Below are positions 1 to 9,500 of a DNA stretch of 32,117 nt, piece by piece (positions within the stretch are counted from its first letter, which is position 1; the number at the start of each line of letters is the position of its first letter). A program made the translations under genes and the position numbers. The notes under the pieces were generated by a model. That model was given only the letters and a program-made list of their open reading frames with translations. It had not been told where the DNA came from and ran no database searches. The stretch covers positions 1-32,117 of the forward strand of contig JAFOGE010000173.1 in NCBI GenBank assembly GCA_017386965.1, read 5' to 3'. This stretch comes from Clostridia bacterium (lineage in GTDB: Bacteria; Bacillota; Clostridia; Oscillospirales; CAG-272).

Positions 1-1
1 G

Positions 2-595
2 GACGAGCTGGATCGTCTGCGCGCCGAGGAAACGCGCTTGCAGAAGGACATGGACGAGCTTCAGCAGAAGCAGGCCAATCTCAAGAGCGCGATCGACCGC
101 CTGGCGGTGGAAACCGATCAGATTCCCGCGCTGCACGAGCAGATCGCCTTTCTGACCGAGCAGATCGCGCAGTACAAGCAGAACAGTGCCACCATCACGG
201 CAACCGAGAAATTCCTGGAGGAGGCAAAGGTTGCGCTTTCCACCCGATACCTGGATGGAATGCAGGAGAGCTTCCGCAAATTCATGATCTGCCTGCTTGG
301 CAAGGACGCGCCCGAGTCGGCGATGGATGCCTCCTTTGAGGTACGTCTGCGCGAGAACGGCAAGACGCATAGCATGGAGAGCTTCAGCAAGGGCTGGCGC
401 GACACGGTGCGCTTCTGCATCCGCCTGGCACTTTCGGATGCCCTTTATGCCGAGGGTGAAAAGCCCTTCCTGCTCCTGGACGATCCCTTCGTCAATCTGG
501 ACGAGGAGCGTTTGTCTGCGGCAAGAAAGCTGCTTTCGGCTCTTTCCTCGGATTATCAGATCCTTTACATGATCTGTCACGCGGACAGAAAGTGA
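2..595 (+). CDS. SMC/SbcC-like AAA ATPase, C-terminal fragment (5' end outside window)
   Basis: The frame is open from base 2 (DELDRLRAEETRLQKD...), so the Met at 38 is internal. A coiled-coil-like Q/E/L-rich segment is followed by signature-like FSKGWRD and Walker B/D-loop LLLDDPFVNLDEERL. TGA at 593-595. Confidence 0.6.
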   Translation, partial: DELDRLRAEETRLQKDMDELQQKQANLKSAIDRLAVETDQIPALHEQIAFLTEQIAQYKQNSATITATEKFLEEAKVALSTRYLDGMQESFRKFMICLLGKDAPESAMDASFEVRLRENGKTHSMESFSKGWRDTVRFCIRLALSDALYAEGEKPFLLLDDPFVNLDEERLSAARKLLSALSSDYQILYMICHADRK

Positions 596-620
596 TCAAA
601 AAACCACATACGTGATGCAA

Positions 621-664
621 AAACGAAGCCCTGCACGCAGAAATAGGCGTGCAGGGCTTCGTTT
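621..664. terminator. Bidirectional intrinsic terminator between convergent genes
   Basis: Perfect 18-bp inverted repeat AAACGAAGCCCTGCACGC / GCGTGCAGGGCTTCGTTT around an 8-nt loop. An A-run lies to the left (TTTTT on the minus strand, downstream of pgsA) and a GTTT tail to the right. Confidence 0.7.
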
Positions 665-681
665 GCGCCGTAGGGCAGGTA

Positions 682-1293
682 TTATTTTTCGGGATCGAGA
701 TACTTCCAATAGGACGCAATGTAATTGATTCCGGACCACAGAGTGAAGAAGAGCATCAGCACGGCGGTCGTAAGGGAGAGGGGCAGGATCTCCATCAGAT
801 GTGCCAGGGAGGGAATGTTCTGATAGAACAGGGGCTCTGCAATGCAGGCGATCACGCAGGCGATCTGCGTACAGGTCTTGATCTTGCCCAGCATATTCGC
901 GGGAACGACAAGACCGCTGGAGCCGGATAGCACCAGACGGATGGAGGTGACGGCAAGTTCGCGGAAGATGACGATGAGAACGGCCCAGAAGAAGATCGCA
1001 CAGAAGAGGGTGTTCACGTCCTCTCTCGTCAAGGATTTGTAGAGGATCACGAGCATGGCACCCAGAACCATGAATTTGTCGGCCAGAGGGTCCATGAATT
1101 TACCGAAATCGGTAATGAGGTTGTGGCGTCTTGCGATCTTTCCGTCCAGCATATCGGTCAGGGAGGCGATCACGAAGAGGCAGAGGCCGGTGATGCTTGC
1201 CCAGAGTGCGTCCGATACCATCATCACGACAACAAAGATGGGAACCAGGATCATCCGCAGAACGGTCAGCTTATTGGGAAGATTCAATTTCAT
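682..1293 (-). CDS. pgsA: CDP-diacylglycerol--glycerol-3-phosphate 3-phosphatidyltransferase
   Basis: CDP-alcohol phosphatidyltransferase motif DG-x2-AR-x8-G-x3-D-x3-D is seen as DGKIARRHNLITDFGKFMDPLAD. The protein is multi-helix and hydrophobic. Start set at MKLNLPNKLTVLR (ATG 1291-1293) because the longer track ORF (to 1425) would overlap rimO. Confidence 0.85.
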   Translation of the reverse strand: MKLNLPNKLTVLRMILVPIFVVVMMVSDALWASITGLCLFVIASLTDMLDGKIARRHNLITDFGKFMDPLADKFMVLGAMLVILYKSLTREDVNTLFCAIFFWAVLIVIFRELAVTSIRLVLSGSSGLVVPANMLGKIKTCTQIACVIACIAEPLFYQNIPSLAHLMEILPLSLTTAVLMLFFTLWSGINYIASYWKYLDPEK

Positions 1294-1312
1294 AACACGT
1301 ACGCTCGCTTTC

Positions 1313-2680
1313 TTAATTTTTGGAGGCGTCAAGCTGCTTGAGAACGGCAACGCCGTACAGGTCGTAGTCCACGACCTCGCGGATCTTGACAGGAACGAAG
1401 GAGCCGGGCGCGATGCGGCGCTCACTCTTGAAATAGACCTTGCCGTCGATTTCGGGGGCGTCTGCCGCGCTTCTTCCGTAATGCACCTCGGCTACGGGAT
1501 CGTAGTCCTCGCAAAGCACGGAGATCGTTTGTCCGACCTTTTTGCGGTTTTGCTCCTCGTTGATATCCATCTGCACGCGCATCAACAGATCCATGCGGTC
1601 CTGCTTGACCTGCTCGTCGATCTGGTCGGGGAAATCGTAGGCGGGGGTATCCTCCTCGCGCGAATACGGGAAGACGCCCGCACGGTCAAACCTGCGCTCC
1701 TTGACGAAGGCGCAAAGCTCCTCAAAGTCAGCCTCACTCTCTCCGGGGAAGCCGACGATAAAGGTGGTACGGATCACGATCTCGGGGATCTCGCGGCGCA
1801 GCTTGTCAAGGACCTGCTCGATCATGGCGCGGTCGCCGTGACGGTTCATGGACGAAAGCATCCGGTCGCTGATATGCTGCAGGGGGAGGTCGATGTATTT
1901 GAGGATGCGGGGGTTGTCGCGCATCTCGGCGATCAACTCATCGGTGATCTTGTCGGGGTAGCAGTAGAGCAGGCGGATCCAGGGGATCGAGGTCTGCTCG
2001 GTCAGCTGATGCAACAGCTCGGCCAGCGCATATTTTCCGTACAGATCCAGACCGTATCGCGTAATATCCTGCGCGACCACGACCAGCTCCTTGATGCCGA
2101 GCGATTCGAGCTGACGGGCCTCTGCGATCAGATCCTCCATGGGACGGCTGCGGAATTTTCCGCGGATCGAGGGGATGGCACAGTAGGCACAGCGGTTGTC
2201 GCATCCCTCGGCGATCTTGATGGAGGCGGTATAGTCGGGAGTGGTCAGAACGCGGTCGCCTCCCAGACGAACGGTGTTTTTATCCTCATGGGAGTAGTAT
2301 TTCGGCTTTGTGCCTCCCTTTTTCTTCTTGGCGGTCACGGCCTCGATCGCCTCTGCGATGTGGTGAATGCTTCCCACACCAAGCACGGCGTCCACCTCGG
2401 GAAGCTCCTTGAAGATCTCCTCGCCGTAGCGCTCGGCAAGGCAGCCCGTGACGATGATGGCCTTGAGATGGCGGTGCTTTTTGAGCCAGGCCACGTCCAG
2501 AATGTTGTCAATGGCCTCCTTCTTTGCACTTTCGATAAAGGCGCAGGTGTTGACGATGATCACGTCTGCCTCAATGTCCTCGGGCGTGATCTCATGTCCC
2601 GCCTCCAGAACCTCGTGCAGCATGATCTCGGTGTCCAGCTGATTCTTGGGACATCCGAGAGATACGAATCCGATCTTCAT
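1313..2680 (-). CDS. rimO: Ribosomal protein S12 methylthiotransferase (radical SAM MTTase)
   Basis: N-terminal MKIGFVSLGCPKNQLDTE, radical-SAM CDNRCAYC (CxxxCxxC), and a C-terminal TRAM-like segment. The rimO-pgsA adjacency is typical. AAAGGA RBS upstream. Confidence 0.9.
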   Translation of the reverse strand: MKIGFVSLGCPKNQLDTEIMLHEVLEAGHEITPEDIEADVIIVNTCAFIESAKKEAIDNILDVAWLKKHRHLKAIIVTGCLAERYGEEIFKELPEVDAVLGVGSIHHIAEAIEAVTAKKKKGGTKPKYYSHEDKNTVRLGGDRVLTTPDYTASIKIAEGCDNRCAYCAIPSIRGKFRSRPMEDLIAEARQLESLGIKELVVVAQDITRYGLDLYGKYALAELLHQLTEQTSIPWIRLLYCYPDKITDELIAEMRDNPRILKYIDLPLQHISDRMLSSMNRHGDRAMIEQVLDKLRREIPEIVIRTTFIVGFPGESEADFEELCAFVKERRFDRAGVFPYSREEDTPAYDFPDQIDEQVKQDRMDLLMRVQMDINEEQNRKKVGQTISVLCEDYDPVAEVHYGRSAADAPEIDGKVYFKSERRIAPGSFVPVKIREVVDYDLYGVAVLKQLDASKN

Positions 2681-2693
2681 ATGTGATCCTTTC

Positions 2694-3569
2694 TCATTGT
2701 GTTTTCAGGGGAATGCAATGCGTCCAGGCGCGCTTTCCGTCCTTCGTTCGCACCTCGGCGCGGACGAAGGATTCCTCGCCCGTCAGCTTGTAGTGCGCTT
2801 GGCAAAGCGCCTCCCCGGTAAAGGCGCAGCGGCTCCAGACCAGATTGGAGTAAACGACGATCTCGGAGCAGGGGGAGCAGAGAACGGTGACGCCGTCCCC
2901 GTCAAGGCGGAGATGCACCTCGGGTCCCTGCGTAGCGTAGAGCTTGCCCGCGCGGATGGCGGAAAGCAGGGAGGCAGCGCTGTTGTCCTCGGCCTCGACC
3001 ATGATCCAGGAGAGGCATTCATCGGTGCCGTCGTAGTAGTGTGTGTCATCGGCGGCGTGCAGCGGCGCAAAATAGTCCTGCATGGCCAGCATATCCACGA
3101 TGAGGGAGGAATCCGCGCGGCGGGACATATGGACACCCGACACCGAATTATAGATCTCGATCCCGTCCAATTCGCGCAGCGGAAGAATGGCCTCGGGCGT
3201 GTTGAGCGACCAGGCGGGGTGCGCGAGAATGGCAATTCCGTCGGCGCGGTGAATGGCGTCGATGACCTCCTGCGCGGACATGGATTTTGCTACGGACGGC
3301 GGGCGGCTGCATCCGACCGCCACGATGTGAAATACTCCCTCCCGCGCGTCGGCATGGCCAAGGTTGTACTCCGCACCGGAGAGAATCATGATGCCGTCCT
3401 CCTCCGAGCCGGCTCCAAAGAGCCAGTGGTCGGTCAGGGCGATGGCGTCATAGCCTTGCTCACGGTAGAGCTGTAACACCTCTGCGGGCGTTCGGTGTCC
3501 GTCCGAGAGGGACGTATGTGTATGCAGATTGACCTTATAGCGTCGTTTTCCAAAGAGATCGGTTTGCAT
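2694..3569 (-). CDS. PHP-domain metal-dependent phosphoesterase
   Basis: N-terminal VNLHTHTSLSDGH, followed by ALTDHW, ILAHP and other His/Asp clusters typical of the PHP (polymerase/histidinol phosphatase) fold. GGAGGAGGA RBS. First gene of the PHP-rimO-pgsA operon. Confidence 0.8.
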   Translation of the reverse strand: MQTDLFGKRRYKVNLHTHTSLSDGHRTPAEVLQLYREQGYDAIALTDHWLFGAGSEEDGIMILSGAEYNLGHADAREGVFHIVAVGCSRPPSVAKSMSAQEVIDAIHRADGIAILAHPAWSLNTPEAILPLRELDGIEIYNSVSGVHMSRRADSSLIVDMLAMQDYFAPLHAADDTHYYDGTDECLSWIMVEAEDNSAASLLSAIRAGKLYATQGPEVHLRLDGDGVTVLCSPCSEIVVYSNLVWSRCAFTGEALCQAHYKLTGEESFVRAEVRTKDGKRAWTHCIPLKTQ

Positions 3570-3611
3570 AGCGTCCTCCTCCGTTGCTTTTACGATATGG
3601 CATACACATTC

Positions 3612-3640
3612 ATTTTAGCACACCGAGCGGTTTTTGACAA
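3612..3640 (-). promoter_or_regulatory. Sigma-70-type promoter for the PHP-rimO-pgsA operon
   Basis: Minus strand reads TTGTCA - 17 nt - TGcTAAAAT (extended -10). It sits about 40 nt upstream of the ATG at 3569. Confidence 0.55.
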
Positions 3641-3712
3641 GAGCTTTCGAGAAAAATTCATGAAATTCAAGAAAAACCGAAGGATTTACAGGAGAAAAAG
3701 AGAAGGAACCCC

Positions 3713-3741
3713 TTGCATTTTTCCCAAAACCGTGGTATGAT
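3713..3741 (+). promoter_or_regulatory. Sigma-70-type promoter for the sugar-phosphate isomerase gene
   Basis: TTGCAT - 17 nt - TGgTATGAT (extended -10). This leaves a GC-rich leader of about 95 nt before the ATG at 3844. Confidence 0.5.
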
Positions 3742-3843
3742 AGGGGAGAAGAAGGCCTTGCGGGATCCGCACGGGCCGGCGCTGCCTTCCGTTGCGCGAG
3801 CGCGAGGGAGCGGCGAATTATCATGCAAGAGAGGATTTGAATT

Positions 3844-4812
3844 ATGAAGCTGAGTGTTCTCGCAAATCTTTACGGAACCAAAACCTTGGAGGAAACCCTG
3901 CAGATCCTGACCGGACTGGGCGTACATACCGTTGAGCTGGGTGCCGGCGGATATCCCGGAAAGGCGCACTGCAATCCTGCAGAGCTTTTGGCGGACGAGG
4001 CAAAGTACGATGCCTTTATCGCAACGCTGAAGAAATATGACGTCACCGTCTGCGCGCTGGCCGCGCACGGAAACGCACTGCATCCCGATGCAGCCGTTGC
4101 AAAGCAGTTTGACACGGATTTCCGCAACGCCGTGCTCCTTGCGGAGAAGATGGGCGTGGACACCGTCATCACCTTCTCCGGATGCCCCGGCGACCACGAG
4201 GGCGCAAAGTATCCCAACTGGGTCACCTGCCCCTGGCCGGAGGATTTCCTTGCCATTCTCGATTGGCAGTGGAACGAGAAGGTCATTCCCTACTGGAAGG
4301 AAGCGGGCGCGTTTGCAGAGGCGCATCACGTGCCGCACATTGCCTTTGAGATGCACCCCGGATTCGTTGTTTACAACCCCGAAACCCTTCTGCGCCTGAG
4401 AGCTGCCGTTGGTCCCGTGATCGGCGCGAACTTCGACCCCTCGCACCTGATCTGGCAGGGAATGGATCCCGTTGCTGCGATCCGCGAGCTGGAGGGTGCG
4501 ATCTACCACGTCCATGCAAAGGACACCAAGATCGATGCCTACAATACGGCCAAGAACGGTGTTCTGGATACCAAGCATTACGGCGACGAGCTGCACCGTG
4601 CGTGGGTTTTCCGCACGGTCGGATACGGAAACGGCGAAACCTACTGGAGAGATCTGGTTTCCAACCTGCGTCTTTGCGGATATGACCGCGTGCTTTCCAT
4701 CGAGCATGAGGATAGCCTGATGTCCATCGACGAGGGCTTGCGCAAGGCCGTAGCCTTCCTCCAGCCCATCGTGATCACCGAGGAGAAGCCCACCACCATG
4801 GCCTGGGCTTGA
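3844..4812 (+). CDS. Sugar phosphate isomerase/epimerase (xylose-isomerase-like TIM barrel)
   Basis: 322 aa. LGVHTVELGAGGYPGKAH, FEMHPG, HVHAKD and SIEHED match the metal-ligand pattern of the AP-endonuclease-2/xylose-isomerase-like TIM barrel family. Confidence 0.8.
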   Translation: MKLSVLANLYGTKTLEETLQILTGLGVHTVELGAGGYPGKAHCNPAELLADEAKYDAFIATLKKYDVTVCALAAHGNALHPDAAVAKQFDTDFRNAVLLAEKMGVDTVITFSGCPGDHEGAKYPNWVTCPWPEDFLAILDWQWNEKVIPYWKEAGAFAEAHHVPHIAFEMHPGFVVYNPETLLRLRAAVGPVIGANFDPSHLIWQGMDPVAAIRELEGAIYHVHAKDTKIDAYNTAKNGVLDTKHYGDELHRAWVFRTVGYGNGETYWRDLVSNLRLCGYDRVLSIEHEDSLMSIDEGLRKAVAFLQPIVITEEKPTTMAWA

Positions 4813-4827
4813 CCATATCCCCTTTGG

Positions 4828-4870
4828 GACCGCCTCAAATGCGAGCGTGCATTTGAGGCGGTCCTTTTCG
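4828..4870 (+). terminator. Intrinsic terminator
   Basis: Perfect 15-bp stem GACCGCCTCAAATGC / GCATTTGAGGCGGTC with a 6-nt loop, followed by CTTTTCG. It begins 16 nt after the stop codon. Confidence 0.8.
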
Positions 4871-5038
4871 CATGTCCGGGGGGGCGATTCGCTTTTCGGC
4901 AGGCGCTTGCGTGGGCAGACGCCGTTTTTTGTCTGCTTTTTCAAATTAACGTCTGCTTTTCTGCAAAAACGCGCGTGCTTTTGTGCAATTTCACAAAAAG
5001 AGGCCGGCTTTTTTGGTGGCTTTTTCGGGAAAAAGGAC

Positions 5039-5067
5039 TTTACTTTTGGAAAGCACAGGTGTATAAT
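5039..5067 (+). promoter_or_regulatory. Candidate promoter of the cohesin-protease-scaffoldin operon
   Basis: TTTACT - 17 nt - TATAAT, about 68 nt upstream of the ATG at 5135, preceded by a run of T/A tracts. Confidence 0.45.
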
Positions 5068-5134
5068 GAAATTAGTAGGAAAAATGCCGCTGTGCGCATT
5101 TTTTGCAAGGACGGCAAGGAAAGGATCTTACAGC

Positions 5135-6592
5135 ATGAAAAAACGAATCGGATGTTTGCTCTTGGTGAGCGTCTTGCTCTTGCTTGGCATGACGGTTTTT
5201 GCAGGAGCAGAATCACCAACGCTCACGATTGAGGCCGCCGCCGTTGACGGCGAGGCCGGGGATACGGTTACGCTGACCGTTCGTCTGACGGCCAACCCGG
5301 GATTGACCTCTCTTATACTTTCTCTTTCGTACGACCCCGCGCTTCTGACCCTGACGGGGGCAGAGAACGGTTCCCTTCTGGAAGGATGGTATCAGGCAAG
5401 TCCAAGCCCGGATACGATGCCCTATCGCATGGTTTGGGTCGCATCTTCATCACAATCTGCAACGGGTGAGCTGATCCGTTTGGAGTTCCGAATTTCCGAA
5501 GGCGCGCCTCTGGGAGCCGTTGCTTCACTGACGCTGGACATTGCGGAGGCGTATTGCAACGGTGAGAAGATCACGGGGATGACGGTGCAGACAGCTGTCA
5601 ATGTGATCTGTAAGCATACATACGGAGCACACACGTCGGTGGATGCATCCACTCACCAACAGGAGTGCAGCAAGTGTCATCACATTCTCACCGAGGCCCA
5701 CGGCTGGAACGCAGGAGAGATCACCACCCCCGCAACGCACCTTGCCGTCGGAGAGAAGACCTTCACCTGTACGGCCTGCGGCGAAACACGGACCGAGGAG
5801 ATTCCGAAGGATCCGACGCACACCTATAGCGCGTGGGAGAAGCAGGATGCCGAGCAGCACACAAGGGTGTGTGCCTGTGGGGACATGCAGTCCGCCGCAC
5901 ACGAATGGGATGCAGGAACGGTAACCACCCCCGCAACGTATTTTGCGACGGGAGTGCGGAGCTTCTCCTGCAGCAGCTGCGGATTTGAAAGGACGGAGGA
6001 GATCCCCAAGATGGCGATCCTTTCCCCCGATGGATGGATCTTGCCCACTCTGATTGCAGGGATAGTACTTTGCATTGGAATTCTTATTCTGATTCTGGTG
6101 TTGAAGCGGCGCAAGAAGCGTCCGACACCTACCGCACCGCCTGCCCCCGAGGGCGTTCCCCCCAAGCCCGAAGCAGCCGTCACGGAGCCGTTGGCGAAGG
6201 AAGCAGATACGGTCACGGAGGCATCCACGGGAGCCTCTGCGGATCCCGCCGCAGAGCCGCCCGCAGGGGAGGGGACGGAAGAATCTGCAAAAGAACCGAT
6301 CGAAGAACCCATTGAAGAACCCATTGAAGAATCGATCGAAGAACCCATTGAAGAACCCATTGAAGAATCGATAAAAGAGCCTGCAGAGGAATCTTTGCAG
6401 GAACCGATCCAAGATCTACCCAAGCCCGATGCGGACGAAGCGTCCGCAGGGAACGCGCCGAGTGATGCGGCGGAGGAGGGCGGCACAGAGCCGTCGGAGG
6501 CCCTGCCCATCGATGCGGACGTTCCGGACAAGGAAGCGGATGACAGAACAGAGGAACCGAGGATACTCGGTGAACAGGAGGAAAGCAAATGA
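5135..6592 (+). CDS. Membrane-anchored cohesin-domain protein (signal peptide, cohesin, 2 Cys/His repeats, TM helix, acidic repeat tail)
   Basis: Start chosen at MKKRIGCLLLVSVLLLLGMTVFAGA (signal peptide, AAGGAAAGGA RBS). Cohesin-like module: GDTVTLTVRLTANPGLTSLILSLSYDPALLTL...GELIRLEFRI. TM helix ILPTLIAGIVLCIGILILILVL is followed by KRRKKR. The tail is rich in EPIEEPIEES repeats. Confidence 0.85.
   Translation: MKKRIGCLLLVSVLLLLGMTVFAGAESPTLTIEAAAVDGEAGDTVTLTVRLTANPGLTSLILSLSYDPALLTLTGAENGSLLEGWYQASPSPDTMPYRMVWVASSSQSATGELIRLEFRISEGAPLGAVASLTLDIAEAYCNGEKITGMTVQTAVNVICKHTYGAHTSVDASTHQQECSKCHHILTEAHGWNAGEITTPATHLAVGEKTFTCTACGETRTEEIPKDPTHTYSAWEKQDAEQHTRVCACGDMQSAAHEWDAGTVTTPATYFATGVRSFSCSSCGFERTEEIPKMAILSPDGWILPTLIAGIVLCIGILILILVLKRRKKRPTPTAPPAPEGVPPKPEAAVTEPLAKEADTVTEASTGASADPAAEPPAGEGTEESAKEPIEEPIEEPIEESIEEPIEEPIEESIKEPAEESLQEPIQDLPKPDADEASAGNAPSDAAEEGGTEPSEALPIDADVPDKEADDRTEEPRILGEQEESK
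5213..5605 (+). other. Cohesin module of the anchor protein
   Basis: Pattern G-D-T-V-x-L-x-V...L-S-Y-D-P-x-L-L, later GELIRLEFRISEGAPLG. This is the layout of type-I-like cohesin beta-sandwiches. Confidence 0.7.
6298..6369 (+). repeat. Perfect 36-bp tandem duplication (2 copies) with a nested 12-bp period, in frame
   Basis: GATCGAAGAACCCATTGAAGAACCCATTGAAGAATC occurs at 6298-6333 and again at 6334-6369. It encodes (I)EEPIEEPIEES twice. Confidence 0.95.
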
Positions 6593-9500
6593 AAGCTTTA
6601 GCAACAAAGAAATTCTTCTCCCTTTTGTTGGCGATCTGTATGGTGGTCAACACCTTCGTGGCCGTTCCCCTGACGATCTTTGCCGTGGAGAGCAACCCCT
6701 CCTCGGGCAAGGATCCCATGGAAAAAACGGAGGAAAGCATCTCGCATGCGTACGAGCCCTTTGCCTCGATCAAGGAATACCAGTATTCCGAGAATGCGGA
6801 CGAGGTGGATGAGCATTCGCTGATGCTCAAGCTCCGTGCGGACGCGCCGGCCCTGTCGCCGATCCCTGCAGAGCTGGCAGAGCGCGGTGTTACGCTGGTG
6901 CGCACCATGGTGGACGTTACCACGCCCGAGGCCATGGCAGAGCTTGGCGTGTCCGAGCCCTACCGTTGGGTTATGGTGGGATTTGCAGAGGAAAAAGCAT
7001 CCGAGGTAGCCCTTTCCTTCGTGGACGTTCCTTACGTTCTGGATGCGGAGTATAACTACACAAGACAAAGCTCGGAGCTTCCTTCGGCGGAGGAAAATCC
7101 CCTGATGAGCAATCAGTGGCATTTGCAGGACGCGTCCTTGCAGAACACATGGAAGTACGTCGATGAGAATCAGCTTCATGAAAAGCTGGAGAAGGTCGTC
7201 GTTGCGGTCATTGACACCGGTGTGGACTATACGCATCCCAACCTGGTCAACAGCATGTGGATCAACGTCAACGAAACACCCGGGGACGGCATTGACAATG
7301 ACGGAAACGGATACGTGGACGATATTTACGGTGTTTCTACCGTTGGAAACATCTTTGACGCAAACGGGAATCCGATGGACGAGATGGGACACGGAACGCA
7401 CGTCGCAGGTATTATTGCTGCTTCCGAGGGCTCCATGGGCGCCGTGGGCGTTGCATACGGCTCCAAGATCATGGCGATCAAGGCCGGCGACAGCAGCGGT
7501 ATCTTCAGTGACAGTGACATCATCGAGGCGATCAACTACGCGATTCTGATGGGCGCGGACGTTATCAACATGAGCTTTGGTAGCTATGCGCGCTCTGCGG
7601 CCATTGAGGATGCGCTTGCCCTGGCATATACCTCGGCGGTTCTCGTTGCCGCTGCGGGAAATGACGGCTTGGATATTGTCAAGCACGGAATGCCCTCCTA
7701 TCCCGCCGCCTACAACTTCGTGATCGGCGTTATGGCAACCGACTCCCGTGGCGGCATTGCCGGCTTCTCCAATACCGACTACATTCTCCGCCGCAATTCT
7801 CTGGAGTACGAGATCTGTGCACCCGGTGTTTCCATTTTCAGCACGCTTCCCGGCAACCGCTACGCCTCCTGGAGCGGAACCTCCATGGCCTGCCCCTATA
7901 TTTCTGCGGTTGCGGCCATTCTGCGTGCCAAGTTTGACGACAAGTCGGTCTATTCCTCCCGCTACATCATGGGCCAGCTGGTCGGCACGGCCATCGGCAG
8001 CGACGGAATCTTCCCGATGGTCGATCCCTATGCGGCCATGACCCAGATCCCCGAGCCGGACGTTTCCTACTACGATTACTACATCTTTGACGATAAGTCG
8101 TATTCGGAGAAAAACAACGGCGACGGTATCATCGACGCCGGCGAAACCATCGGTCTTGGCGTTCTGATCCGCAACCACTGGGGGCAGGCGCGCAACACCA
8201 AGGTCAAGCTGCTCGCGGCAGCCAGCGCGACCGATCCCACGGTTAGTCCTTACGTAACCTGGATCACCGATACGATTGATTACGGCGACGTTGGCACCTT
8301 CAACAGTGCGAACAACGGTTTCTCCTATGACACCGACGGCGTGATTACGGGAATTTCCAATCCCTTCCTGTTCACGGTGGCGGAGAATACGCCAAACGAT
8401 TATCACATCCCGTTCTCCCTGATCATCGACTGTGAAAGCTACACCGAGTCGGACGAGGTCAAGACCTATCACTTCGATAAGGATGTCTTTAACATCCAGG
8501 TGCGCAAGGGCTATGAGCTTCCCCGTCTGATCGACAAGGATATGACGCTGACGGCAGATCGGTATTACATCATTGCCGGCAGCACCCTGATCGAGAGCGG
8601 TGTTACCGTTACGGTCGAGCCGGGCACGCAGATCCAGTTCTGGGGCGATTACAGCAAGGAGCTGTATGCGGGAACCGATGTAGCCGAGCTTTTGGTGGAC
8701 GGTGAGCTGATCATCCGCGGAACCGCGGCCAATCCCGTTGACATCTTCCCGTCGGGCGGCATGAGCGATATGAAGATCGACATCCGCACACGCGCAGCCG
8801 GCGGACGGATCCACATGTCCTACTGCAACGTTGCCAATCCGTGCCTGGACATCACCACGGCAGATCACTGCTACTTTACGCAATTGATCTTCGACAGTAT
8901 GTGCGAATTAGGGCAGGATATGGACGGCCGCTGGTACCACAACATCGTCGTTCCTTATGTAGTGGCAGACAAGATCTCCAACTCCATTTTCTACGAGCTG
9001 GGATATCGTTATATGTACTATGATTACCGCCTGCGCGTTGAGGGCGAGCTGGTTGGCAACCTCTTTGACAGCTGCGGACTCAACTTTAACACCTGGTCGG
9101 TCGAGGCCTTCCGTGACAACGTCTTTTTGAAGAACTACCGCCTGGTAGAGTCGCAGATCGACGACCGCACCTATCTGACCTCCGAGTTTACGATCAAAAC
9201 GCCGTACAGCGGCATCAATACGATGAATCCCTTCTGCCCCGTGAAGAATCCCGAAACGGGCTCCACCTATTTCGTTCTGCAGACGCCCTCCATCCTTCTG
9301 GCAGAGGACTTTGCAAAGCGCCTGGGAGGATCGGTCGTTCGCCTGGACGACGAAGCGGAGAAGGAATTCGTTTTGGAGTATGCAAAGCGTTATTTTGCAT
9401 ACAACGAGGACCTGCAGGAATATGCGTGGGGTCCCAGTTTGCATCACCTGTATATCGGCTTCTACGGAAATGAGCAGGGCGTGACCCACGTCGGAGAGGG

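Noticed and set aside
1294-1425. A longer pgsA ORF starting at 1425.
   Set aside because: It would overlap the 3' end of rimO by over 100 nt with a non-homologous S/T/P-rich leader. The ATG at 1293 starts the conserved MKLNLPNKLT hydrophobic N-terminus.
4847-5134. An N-terminal extension of the cohesin anchor ORF (track start at 4847).
   Set aside because: The extension begins inside the upstream terminator hairpin and runs through the T-tract/promoter region. It translates to F/G/K-rich junk. A good RBS and a canonical signal peptide begin at 5135.
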